Made by a program: the position numbers and the translations under genes. A stretch of DNA of 32,000 nucleotides from Mycobacterium sp. E3251 (GTDB taxonomy: Bacteria > Actinomycetota > Actinomycetes > Mycobacteriales > Mycobacteriaceae), in NCBI RefSeq assembly GCF_001666835.1, contig NZ_LZJF01000180.1, positions 1 through 32,000 on the forward strand, in the 5' to 3' direction. This document shows positions 1 to 7,315 of this stretch, one piece after another; the stretch's first letter is position 1; each line of letters starts with the position of its first letter. The notes under the pieces were generated by a model. That model searched no databases and was not told the DNA's origin. It saw nothing but the letters and a program-made list of their open reading frames with translations.

Positions 1-77
1 ACGAAATCGTCGACGGTGATCCAACCGGGCGCGGTATGCGGCCCGGCGGTCATCGCGTCGGCGACGCGCACGCCGGA
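1..77. repeat. Left arm of a perfect 77-bp inverted repeat (reverse complement of 228..304). The window edge cuts it, so its length is a minimum.
   Basis: Manual base-by-base comparison: revcomp(1..77) equals 228..304 with no mismatch. Pairing fails at 78 vs 227. Confidence 0.95.
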
Positions 78-227
78 AAACATCTGCTGGGTCGATATCC
101 GCGTCTCCTCCTCGCGACTGGCCGCGAAGATGAACCAGCCGATGAACGCCAGCCAGACACCGCCGATCACGCCGCCCAACAAGAATTCGGCCAGCCCCAG
201 CCCGATCAGGATGAAGGCGACCACCCG
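78..227 (-). other. 150-bp (exactly 50-codon) spacer between the IR arms. Its minus strand encodes the transmembrane segment that belongs directly in front of the plus-strand CBS region.
   Basis: The minus-strand translation is [50 protein letters not shown]. It continues in frame into [14 protein letters not shown] (the IR sequence), which is also the beginning of the plus-strand CBS ORF. Confidence 0.75.
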
Positions 228-662
228 TCCGGCGTGCGCGTCGCCGACGCGATGACCGCCGGGCCGCATACCGCGCCCGGTTGGATCACCGTCGACGATT
301 TCGTCCAGCGCTATGTGCTCGGTGACCGGCATTCGGCATACCCGGTCGTCGACCGGAGCGGGGCGATTACCGGTCTGATCACGTTGCGCCGGTTGCGCGA
401 GGTCGCGCCCGCCCAGCGCGCGACCGTCACCGTGGGGGAGGTCGCGCAACCGCTTCACGAGGTCCCGTCCGGTGCGCCGCAGGAGCCGCTGACGGCCCTG
501 CTGGAGCGGATGGCGCCGGCCGGTCCCCGCAGCCGTGCCCTGGTGTTCGAGGGGGCTCAGGTGGTCGGCATCGTCACGCCCACCGATGTGGCGCGCCTCA
601 TCGAGGTCTATCGGCTTGCCCATCCCGAAGACGCGAAACCGGCGTCAGCGCAAAGCTTTTAG
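228..662 (+). CDS. C-terminal tandem-CBS portion of a membrane CBS-domain protein (M50 site-2-protease/CBS type, Rv2625c-like). The upstream part of the gene is not colinear in this window.
   Basis: Uses the frame of ORF 36..662. From [10 protein letters not shown] onward there are two CBS-like repeats ([19 protein letters not shown] and [21 protein letters not shown]). Residues encoded by 36..227 are the antisense of a TM segment and look non-genuine. The TAG stop is at 660..662. Confidence 0.7.
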   Translation, partial: SGVRVADAMTAGPHTAPGWITVDDFVQRYVLGDRHSAYPVVDRSGAITGLITLRRLREVAPAQRATVTVGEVAQPLHEVPSGAPQEPLTALLERMAPAGPRSRALVFEGAQVVGIVTPTDVARLIEVYRLAHPEDAKPASAQSF

Positions 663-691
663 TAGGCCTCGTTTTTACAAGCAATGTTGTG

Positions 692-697
692 TAAACT
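692..697 (+). promoter_or_regulatory. Candidate -10 hexamer TAAACT, positioned for a leaderless fdxA transcript.
   Basis: TANNNT match ending 7 nt before ATG 705, in a 42-bp AT-rich gap without a Shine-Dalgarno sequence. Confidence 0.3.
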
Positions 698-704
698 CTT
701 GCCC

Positions 705-1061
705 ATGACGTACGTGATCGGGAAGCCATGCATCGACGTGATGGATCGCGCCTGCGTGGACGAGTGTCCCGTCGATTGCATCTACGAGGGCGGCCGCGCG
801 CTCTACATACATCCCGACGAATGCGTGGACTGCGGAGCATGCGAGCCGGTGTGCCCGGTCGATGCCATCTACTACGAAGACGACCTGCCCGAGGAGCTCA
901 GACCGTACCTGGCCGACAACGAGGCGTTCTTCACCGAAACGCTGCCCGGCCGCGACGCCCCCCTGGGATCCCCGGGTGGGGCGGCCAAGCTCGGGCCGCT
1001 CGGTGTAGACACGCCTTTGGTGGCCGCTCAGCCGAGGGCCGACCAAGCGGAAGGAGCGTGA
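705..1061 (+). CDS. fdxA: 7Fe-type ferredoxin (3Fe-4S plus 4Fe-4S).
   Basis: N-terminus is MTYVIGKPCIDVMDRACVDECPVDCIYEG...DECVDCGACEPVCPVDAI, with the tail LPGRDAPLGSPGGAAKLGPLGVDTPLVAA as remembered for mycobacterial FdxA (Rv2007c). I chose ATG 705 rather than the upstream ORF-track start at 684. Confidence 0.9.
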   Translation: MTYVIGKPCIDVMDRACVDECPVDCIYEGGRALYIHPDECVDCGACEPVCPVDAIYYEDDLPEELRPYLADNEAFFTETLPGRDAPLGSPGGAAKLGPLGVDTPLVAAQPRADQAEGA

Positions 1062-1068
1062 GGGTCCT

Positions 1069-1749
1069 GTGAAGTTGTCGCCGACGTCGATCGGGGAATC
1101 CGCCAGCCGCCGCCGCGAGGTTTTGCGGGTGCTGCGGGCGTCGCCCGATCCCATGAGCATCGCCGCGATCGCCGACGTGCTTGGCGTCCATCCGAACACG
1201 GTCCGCTTCCACCTCGACAGCCTGGTCGGTGACGGGCAGGTGGAGCACGTCGAGCTGGACCGCAAGGGGCCGGGTCGCCCGCCGCTGATGTTCCGCGCGG
1301 TCCGGCAGATGGACCGCGGTGGCACGCGGCACTACCGCCTGCTCGCCGAGATCCTGGCCGTGGCGTTCGCCGGAGAGCGCGATGCCGGCGCCAAGGCGCA
1401 GGCCGCGGGCCGGGCCTGGGGCCGCAAACTGGATGCCAGCCTGGAAGCGGTGCCCACGGAACCCGCCAGCGCCGACGACGCCATCGACCACTTGGTCAAC
1501 ATGCTCGACGAGCTCGGCTTCGCGCCCGAACGGCGGGCGGCCGACGGAGAGCAACAGGTCGGCCTGCGGCACTGCCCGTTCCTGGAGCTGGCCGAAAACC
1601 GGACCGCCGTCGTGTGCCCGGTGCATCTGGGTCTCATGCAAGGCGCCATGGAGGCCTGGGGAGCGCCGGTTTCGGTCGATCGGCTCGAAGCGTTCGTCGA
1701 ACCGGATCTGTGCGTGGCGCACCTGGCGCCGCGGACCGCGGCCAAATGA
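1069..1749 (+). CDS. Winged-HTH (ArsR-like) transcriptional regulator with a Cys/His-containing C-terminal domain (Rv2621c-like).
   Basis: GTG start. The HTH is MSIAAIADVLGVHPNTVRFHLDSLV. The C-terminal part reads HCPFLELAENRTAVVCPVHLG...DLCVAHL. The stop overlaps the next gene's start (ATGA at 1746..1749). Confidence 0.8.
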   Translation: MKLSPTSIGESASRRREVLRVLRASPDPMSIAAIADVLGVHPNTVRFHLDSLVGDGQVEHVELDRKGPGRPPLMFRAVRQMDRGGTRHYRLLAEILAVAFAGERDAGAKAQAAGRAWGRKLDASLEAVPTEPASADDAIDHLVNMLDELGFAPERRAADGEQQVGLRHCPFLELAENRTAVVCPVHLGLMQGAMEAWGAPVSVDRLEAFVEPDLCVAHLAPRTAAK

Positions 1750-2171
1750 GCGCCGGGCCGGCGGTCGCCGTTGCGCTCACCTTCGTGTGGCTCGGCATGG
1801 TGTTGGCGATCTCGTTCCTGGAAGCCCCGCTGAAATTCCGCGCGCCCAACGTGACGTTGCAGATCGGGCTCGGCATCGGGCGGCTGGTGTTCCGGGCCCT
1901 CAACACCGTCGAGGTCTGCTTCGCCCTGGTCCTCGTGGCGATCGTGGCCGGGGGCTTGACGACGACGGGCACCACCGCCGCGGTTTTCGTCGCGGCGGGC
2001 GCGCTGGCCGTGCAGTTGATCGCGGTGCGCCCCCGACTGACCCGCCGCTCGGACAGCGTGCTCGCCGGGTCGGACGGGCCGCGCTCCCGCGCCCACTACG
2101 TCTACGTCGGCTTCGAGGTGGTCAAGGTAATCGCGTTGGTCGTGGCGGGGATACTGCTACTGACGGCCTGA
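1746..2171 (+). CDS. Small integral membrane protein with about 4 TM helices (Rv2620c-like).
   Basis: ATG 1746 overlaps the upstream TGA. Hydrophobic segments include AVAVALTFVWLGMVLAISFL, VEVCFALVLVAIVAGGL, AAVFVAAGALAVQLIAV and VVKVIALVVAGILLL. Confidence 0.75.
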   Translation: MSAGPAVAVALTFVWLGMVLAISFLEAPLKFRAPNVTLQIGLGIGRLVFRALNTVEVCFALVLVAIVAGGLTTTGTTAAVFVAAGALAVQLIAVRPRLTRRSDSVLAGSDGPRSRAHYVYVGFEVVKVIALVVAGILLLTA

Positions 2172-2202
2172 TGGTGTCCGCTCAACCGCAAAGGACTCAG
2201 CT

Positions 2203-2547
2203 ATGGAATCAATCTCGTTGACGAGCCTCGCGTCCGAAAAGCTGGCCGAGGCCAAGGAATCGCACAGCGGGCGGGCCGCCCACACCATCCACGGTGGCCA
2301 CAGCCACGAGCTTCGGCAGACCGTGCTGGCTTTGCTTGGCGGCCATGAGCTTTCCGAACACGACGGCCCCGCCGAGGCAACGCTGCAGGTGCTGCAGGGC
2401 CACGTGCGGATGACCACCGGCGACGACGCCTGGGAGGGCAAAACCGGCGACTATGTCGCGATCCCGACCGAACGGCACGCCCTGCACGCGGTCGAGGATT
2501 CGGTGGTCATGCTGACCGTGCTCAAGACCCTTCCGTCGGTTCACTAG
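2203..2547 (+). CDS. Cupin-domain protein (Rv2619c-like).
   Basis: 114 aa. His-rich motif HTIHGGHSHELRQTV and beta-strand pattern ATLQVLQGHVRMTTG...GDYVAIP...HALHAVEDSVVMLTV. AAAGGA lies upstream of the ATG. Confidence 0.7.
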   Translation: MESISLTSLASEKLAEAKESHSGRAAHTIHGGHSHELRQTVLALLGGHELSEHDGPAEATLQVLQGHVRMTTGDDAWEGKTGDYVAIPTERHALHAVEDSVVMLTVLKTLPSVH

Positions 2548-2551
2548 CCGG

Positions 2552-3493
2552 ATGCTTTCCACGCCCTGGTCAAGGGAATTCGGGTTGCGGGTACCGATCG
2601 TCAACGCGCCCATGGGCGGCGTCGCCGGGGGCCGGCTGGCCGCGGCGGTGACCGCGGCCGGTGGCCTGGGCATGGTCGGCATGGGCAGCGTCGCCACGAG
2701 GGAACTGCTGCAAAGCCAGCTGCAGCACGTGCAGGGAACGTTCGGCATCGGCCTGGTCGATTGGGTGATGCGCACCGAGGCGGGGCTGCTCGAGGATGCG
2801 CTGGCGGCTCGGCCGGCCCTGCTGTCAGTCAGTTTCGGGACCGACTGGTCCTGGGTCGCAAAGGCGCACGACGCCGGGATCCCCACCGCCACACAGGTTT
2901 ACGACGGCGCCGGGGCGCGCCAGGCGGCCGATGCCGGCGTCGACATCCTGGTCGCCCGGGGGTCCGAGGGTGGCGGTCACGGCGAGACGAAGCTCGCGAC
3001 GCTGCCGTTGCTCGACACCGTGCTGGACGCCGTCTCGGTGCCGGTCCTCGCGGGCGGCGGTGTCGCTTCGGCGCGCAGCCTGGCCGCCGTGCTGGCCGCC
3101 GGTGCGAGCGGGGCGTGGGTGGGAACCCGCCTGGCCGCGTGTCCGGAGGCGCTCTCCGGCGAAGGCAGCCGCCGCGCGCTGATCGCGGCCCGGGCCACCG
3201 ACACCGCCGTCACCCGGGCCTTCGACGTCGCCCAGGCCCGGCCGTGGCCCGCGCGGTTCCCGTCCCGGGTGCTGACCAACGACTTCGTCGAGCGTTGGAC
3301 GGGTAAAGAGGACACGCTCAACCCGCAGGCCTGCGACGACCTCGCGGCCTCCATCGCCGCCGACGACCGCCGGGTGGCCCCCGTGGACGCCGGTCAGGGC
3401 GTCGGGATGATCCGCGACGACGCGTCGGTGGCAGAGGTGATCGACGAAATGTGTTCGGGCGCAGAGCGTCTGCTGAGCGTCTGGGGCTCCTAG
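2552..3493 (+). CDS. Nitronate monooxygenase (2-nitropropane dioxygenase family, FMN TIM barrel).
   Basis: Motifs PIVNAPMGGVAGGRLAAAVTAAGGLGMVG, ILVARGSEGGGHG and PVLAGGGVASARSLAAVLAAGASGAWVGTRL. Confidence 0.88.
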   Translation: MLSTPWSREFGLRVPIVNAPMGGVAGGRLAAAVTAAGGLGMVGMGSVATRELLQSQLQHVQGTFGIGLVDWVMRTEAGLLEDALAARPALLSVSFGTDWSWVAKAHDAGIPTATQVYDGAGARQAADAGVDILVARGSEGGGHGETKLATLPLLDTVLDAVSVPVLAGGGVASARSLAAVLAAGASGAWVGTRLAACPEALSGEGSRRALIAARATDTAVTRAFDVAQARPWPARFPSRVLTNDFVERWTGKEDTLNPQACDDLAASIAADDRRVAPVDAGQGVGMIRDDASVAEVIDEMCSGAERLLSVWGS

Positions 3494-3512
3494 CATCGAC
3501 AGCCTGCCAGGC

Positions 3513-4049
3513 TCAGACCCCGCGCAGATAGCGCTTGGCGATGACGCGCTGGGCCACCGCCACCACTGGCCTGGCGGCCTTGCTCCACCAGGTCGCGGGC
3601 CGCGAGAATGCCGTCACCTCCGCGAACACCGCGGAGGTGACGGGGTCACGCCGCACCACGAAGCGCTCCTCGCCGGACTCCGGATGTCCCGGCAATGTCC
3701 CGTAGGCGAATCCGCGGATGTCGGGCTCGTCGACGACATACACCACCCGGCATGGCGCGGGCAGAAAACCCATGCGCACCACCACAACTGTGCCGACCTC
3801 GGCGACGTCGGAGCTGGCGCGCACCCGCAACCCCGCCCCGTGCTGCATGCCCCAGCGCATGACGGCGTCGGCGGCCCGCTCGAAGCGCTGCTGGCCCGTG
3901 CCGATCTGAGTCTCCGTGTGCAGGTGGCCGTATCCGGCGGGCAAGTTGCCGGATGCGGTCGCCCCCACCTCGGGATAGGTCAGCGGGAGTTCCTCGAGCG
4001 CTGCTAAGTCCACCCGCCCAGCTTGCCACGCCGAGGTGCGCGGCGACAT
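3513..4049 (-). CDS. DUF1990-family protein.
   Basis: Only the C-terminal 178 codons of ORF 3513..4865(-), starting at MSPRTSAW. Motifs LTYPEVGAT, GFAYGTLPGHPESGEERF and FAEVTAFSRP. The remainder of that ORF is antisense to the reductase gene. Confidence 0.8.
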   Translation of the reverse strand: MSPRTSAWQAGRVDLAALEELPLTYPEVGATASGNLPAGYGHLHTETQIGTGQQRFERAADAVMRWGMQHGAGLRVRASSDVAEVGTVVVVRMGFLPAPCRVVYVVDEPDIRGFAYGTLPGHPESGEERFVVRRDPVTSAVFAEVTAFSRPATWWSKAARPVVAVAQRVIAKRYLRGV

Positions 4050-4070
4050 TTCCGGCGTACGGTCGTAAAA

Positions 4071-4955
4071 GTGACCGCACAAAACTCGAAAACTGTTGCA
4101 CAAGCGTCCGGAACCTTCACCCTCGGCGGCGACTTGACCATCAACCGGCTCGGGTTCGGCGCCATGCGCCTGACCGGCAAGGGTGTCTGGGGCGCGCCCG
4201 CCGATCGCGACGAATGCGTCCGGGTGTTGCGTCGCGCCGTCGAACTGGGCGTGAACTTCATCGACACCGCGGACTCCTACGGCCCCTACATATCCGAGGA
4301 CATCATTCGCGAGGCGCTGCACCCCTACGACGGGTTGGTCATCGCGACCAAGGCGGGGCTGCTGCGCACCGGGCCGGACGTCTGGATCCCGCTGGGCAAC
4401 CCGAGCTATCTGCGCCAGGAATGCGAGATGAGCCTGCGCCGCCTGGGCGTCGACACCATCGACCTGTTCCAGCTGCACCGCATCGACCGCGACTTCCCGC
4501 TGGCCGACCAGGTGGGCGAGCTGCTGACCCTGAAGAACGAGGGCAAGATCCGCCACATCGGTCTGTCCGAGATCAACGTCGACCAACTCTCGGAGGCCCA
4601 GCGGACCACCGAGATCGTGTCGGTGCAGAACATGTACAACCTGTCCGCCCGGGGCGCCGAACCGCTGCTGGACGCCGCGACCCGACAGGGCATCGGTTTC
4701 ATCCCGTGGTTCCCACTGGCCGCCGGGCCGCTGGCCGCCCCCGACGGCCCGCTGCAGCGCATCGCCGGCGAGCACCACGCGACTCCGTCGCAACTCGCGC
4801 TGGCGTGGTTGCTGAAACGGTCGCCGGTGATGCTGCCGATTCCGGGCACCTCGAAGGTGGCTCACCTGGAGGAGAACGTCGCCGCCGCCGAGATCACGCT
4901 GTCCGACGACGAGTTCGACACCCTCTCAGCGGCCGGGGCTCAACAGACGGTCTGA
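4071..4955 (+). CDS. Aldo-keto reductase.
   Basis: Motifs LGFGAMRLTG, NFIDTADSYGP, LFQLHRID, IRHIGLSE and PIPGTSKVAHLEENV. I chose GTG 4071 so the gene does not overlap the divergent DUF1990 start. The start is uncertain, and ORF-track 4023 is an alternative. Confidence 0.88.
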   Translation: MTAQNSKTVAQASGTFTLGGDLTINRLGFGAMRLTGKGVWGAPADRDECVRVLRRAVELGVNFIDTADSYGPYISEDIIREALHPYDGLVIATKAGLLRTGPDVWIPLGNPSYLRQECEMSLRRLGVDTIDLFQLHRIDRDFPLADQVGELLTLKNEGKIRHIGLSEINVDQLSEAQRTTEIVSVQNMYNLSARGAEPLLDAATRQGIGFIPWFPLAAGPLAAPDGPLQRIAGEHHATPSQLALAWLLKRSPVMLPIPGTSKVAHLEENVAAAEITLSDDEFDTLSAAGAQQTV

Positions 4956-4986
4956 CCGCGCCGCCCCTTCGGCCGCGCAATACGGT

Positions 4987-5613
4987 GTGCTGGTGGCGGA
5001 ACATCAGCAGCACCCCGGCGGCGGGTTCAACCCACCGGAGCCGACGACCAAGGGCGGACCCGACTACGGCAGGTTCATCGATGCCGTGCGCACCCTGCAG
5101 GACCACGCCCGCGCCGTCGACGCCCCCGACGCGGTGATCACCGAGGCCGCCAACCTGCTGGACAAGGTGTCGGCGCTGCTGAGCCCGTTCGACGCCGACG
5201 AGTGGGAGTCCCCGTCGGGGCGTCGCATGGACCTGCCGATGCGCGGCAACATCCTGTCGGTGCCCATGAAGGCCCGCAAGACCGACGACGGCCGCATCCA
5301 GGGTTCGGCCCGGTTCGCCCGGTTTCACCTGGGCCGCAACGGTGCCGTGCACGGCGGCTGCCTGGGAATGCTGTTCGACAGCGTGCTGGGGCTGACGTCC
5401 TCGGTCCTCACCGGGGGCCCCTACCAGCGCACGGCCTACCTGAAGATCGACTACCGCCGCATCGTGCCGATCGAGAAGGAATTGCAGTTCGACGCCGGCA
5501 TCGACCGGGTGGACGGGCGCAAGATCTTCGTGTCCGGCCGGTTGACCGACGGTGACACGCTGCTGACCGAAGCCGACGCCCTGTTCGTGCGGCTCAAGCC
5601 GGGTCAGCCCTAG
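4987..5613 (+). CDS. PaaI/hotdog-fold thioesterase-family protein.
   Basis: 208 aa with a GTG start. The hotdog core reads GRNGAVHGGCLGMLFDSVLG...YLKIDYRRIVPI...GRKIFVSGRL. Confidence 0.7.
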   Translation: MLVAEHQQHPGGGFNPPEPTTKGGPDYGRFIDAVRTLQDHARAVDAPDAVITEAANLLDKVSALLSPFDADEWESPSGRRMDLPMRGNILSVPMKARKTDDGRIQGSARFARFHLGRNGAVHGGCLGMLFDSVLGLTSSVLTGGPYQRTAYLKIDYRRIVPIEKELQFDAGIDRVDGRKIFVSGRLTDGDTLLTEADALFVRLKPGQP

Positions 5614-7184
5614 CGGCCCAGCAGGCGCCACAGGTCGGCGGCGTCGGCGTCAATCGCCTCGAAGATGTCGGCAGTCCGCTCTTGGCCCCACACGGCAGGT
5701 CCACTCGCCAACAGCTTTTCGCGGCTGACGGCGTCGGGACTGGTTTTCACATTGCCGGCGCCGCCGCGGGGAACACCGCATTCGGCCGCCAACTCCTGTC
5801 CGTCGCGCAACCTCACCCGTACCCGGGCCGGGAAGGTCATGGTGAATGCGTCCAGCGCTGCCGGCGCCCACAACTGTCCTGTCGCCGCTCGTCCGGCCGC
5901 CCCGATTCCACCATCGCGCAGCGCGCGGAGTAGGGCGACCGAGTCGCCGAGGGCGAAGCGAACGCCCTTGTGTTCCTTGCGAGTTCGCCGGACGGCGGCG
6001 AGCAGCCGGCGGGCTGGCGTGCCGACTGTCATAGCGCGAACCGGAAGAAGCGGCGCCATCGCCTCGGCCGTACGCAAGGTGAGCGACCAGTCGTGCCGCA
6101 ACGACACCCGTGCGGCGACGTCGGCGAGCTCGCGGTGGTGGCCGGCCAGCCATTCCTCGTTGACCTCGTCCGGCGTGAGCCGGCCGGCGACAAGAGTGGC
6201 GGCAACGGTCCACGGGATCGAGAAGTTGATGGTCACCGGGGTGGGCGTGCGGCCGGCCGTGTACCCGTGCGACATGGCATCCATGCCGCACGTCAGCACG
6301 CCCGCATCGACCGCCACCGACGCGACGTCCGCGGCCGGTGGCGGCCCGAGCTCGTGCAGCGCGTCGACCGTCGTGTCGACATACGCGCAGCCCGGATACC
6401 GCTTGACGCTCAGAGTCCGTGTCGCCCAACCGGAGCCAAGCCCGCCCAGAAGTGCGGGCAGCGGCGCATAGGAGAACGCATCGAAGAAGCCTTGTGGGTG
6501 GTCGAGGGCATCCAGTGGGCCGGTGACGCCGTTGGCGGCCAGGCGGGCGGCCCGGACGCCGGCCAGTGTCGGTTCCGCGGCCGTCAGCAGCTTCGAATCG
6601 GGGGCCATGAATCCCGGGACGGTGGCGCGCGGAGCCTGGTAGAGAGCAAGGGCCAGGGCATGTGCCAGCCGGCGCGCATCGAGTCCAAGCAGTCGTCCGG
6701 CGCTGACGGCGGCTCCGGCGGCATGCACGAACGACCACAGCTGACCGTTGAGCGGCCCCAGCAGGCAGGCGCCGCCCAAGCGGGCCTCGAGCTCGTTGGC
6801 CGCGACCTGGGCGGCCAATTGCTCGGCCGCCGGGGCGCCGGTCTCGGCCGCGAGGAGGACCGGTACCCATACGGCGGAGTGGCCGGCGTGCGCGAAGCAC
6901 ATGTAGTCGTCGAAGTCGAGCGCGATCGACAACGCGGCCGCGGCGTAGAGGGCGTCGTCGACGGCGACGGATCGGTGTAATCCCGGCACCGCCGCGGGGC
7001 CGTCGCCGGCCCAGCTCTCGACGCCGGCGAGCACGCGCCGTGACGCGGCGTCGCGGGCCGACGCGGCCGTGGCCGCGAACACGGATCGGCGCTGGGTGCG
7101 GCACAGGTCGACCACGGTGTCGGGGACGTCCTCGAGACGCAGCTCAGCGGCCCACCCGGCCAACCGTTCGATGGTGGTGACCAC
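5610..7184 (-). CDS. MmgE/PrpD-family protein (2-methylcitrate dehydratase-like).
   Basis: Taken from the 573-aa ORF, using GTG at 7184 (VVTTIERLAGWAAEL...), which leaves a 131-bp divergent promoter gap to thrS. Length and motifs (HALALALYQA, KRYPGCAY) fit the PrpD fold. Its stop overlaps the convergent thioesterase stop (CTAG at 5610..5613). Confidence 0.8.
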   Translation of the reverse strand: MVTTIERLAGWAAELRLEDVPDTVVDLCRTQRRSVFAATAASARDAASRRVLAGVESWAGDGPAAVPGLHRSVAVDDALYAAAALSIALDFDDYMCFAHAGHSAVWVPVLLAAETGAPAAEQLAAQVAANELEARLGGACLLGPLNGQLWSFVHAAGAAVSAGRLLGLDARRLAHALALALYQAPRATVPGFMAPDSKLLTAAEPTLAGVRAARLAANGVTGPLDALDHPQGFFDAFSYAPLPALLGGLGSGWATRTLSVKRYPGCAYVDTTVDALHELGPPPAADVASVAVDAGVLTCGMDAMSHGYTAGRTPTPVTINFSIPWTVAATLVAGRLTPDEVNEEWLAGHHRELADVAARVSLRHDWSLTLRTAEAMAPLLPVRAMTVGTPARRLLAAVRRTRKEHKGVRFALGDSVALLRALRDGGIGAAGRAATGQLWAPAALDAFTMTFPARVRVRLRDGQELAAECGVPRGGAGNVKTSPDAVSREKLLASGPAVWGQERTADIFEAIDADAADLWRLLGR

Positions 7185-7315
7185 GCTGGCACGGTAGGCG
7201 CAGTTCGATCGAGGGGTCAATGAGTGGTGGCCCGGCGGTGTGGGGTGGTGGTCGGCCACACGGATAGCATGGTCGCGATCGTTCCGAGATGTCCAAAGCC
7301 TGGAGAATTGACCCG

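Noticed and set aside
36-227. The 5' part of ORF 36..662 and ORF 16..255 as genuine coding sequence.
   Set aside because: This is a codon-for-codon antisense reading of a TM-encoding segment. The encoded peptide is charged and low-complexity and is unrelated to CBS or S2P proteins. I kept it only as part of the inverted-repeat finding.
663-704. DosR-type palindrome (GGGAC-N4-GTCCC), expected because fdxA and the neighbouring CBS protease gene are hypoxia-regulon members in M. tuberculosis.
   Set aside because: No match in this gap. The GGGAC occurrences I checked elsewhere (around 21290 and 28341) lack the paired half-site.
4050-4865. N-terminal 270 codons of the 450-aa minus-strand ORF 3513..4865.
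   Set aside because: This part is antisense to the aldo-keto reductase. The recognisable DUF1990 protein begins at the internal ATG 4049.
5650-7104. Arg/Pro-rich alternative-frame ORFs, for example 5650..7104(-), 12544..13194(-), 12554..13447(+), 24013..24975(-) and 13401..15071(-).
   Set aside because: They lie in frames shifted relative to genes with clear homology. Their extreme Arg/Pro/Gly content is characteristic of off-frame translation of high-GC coding DNA.
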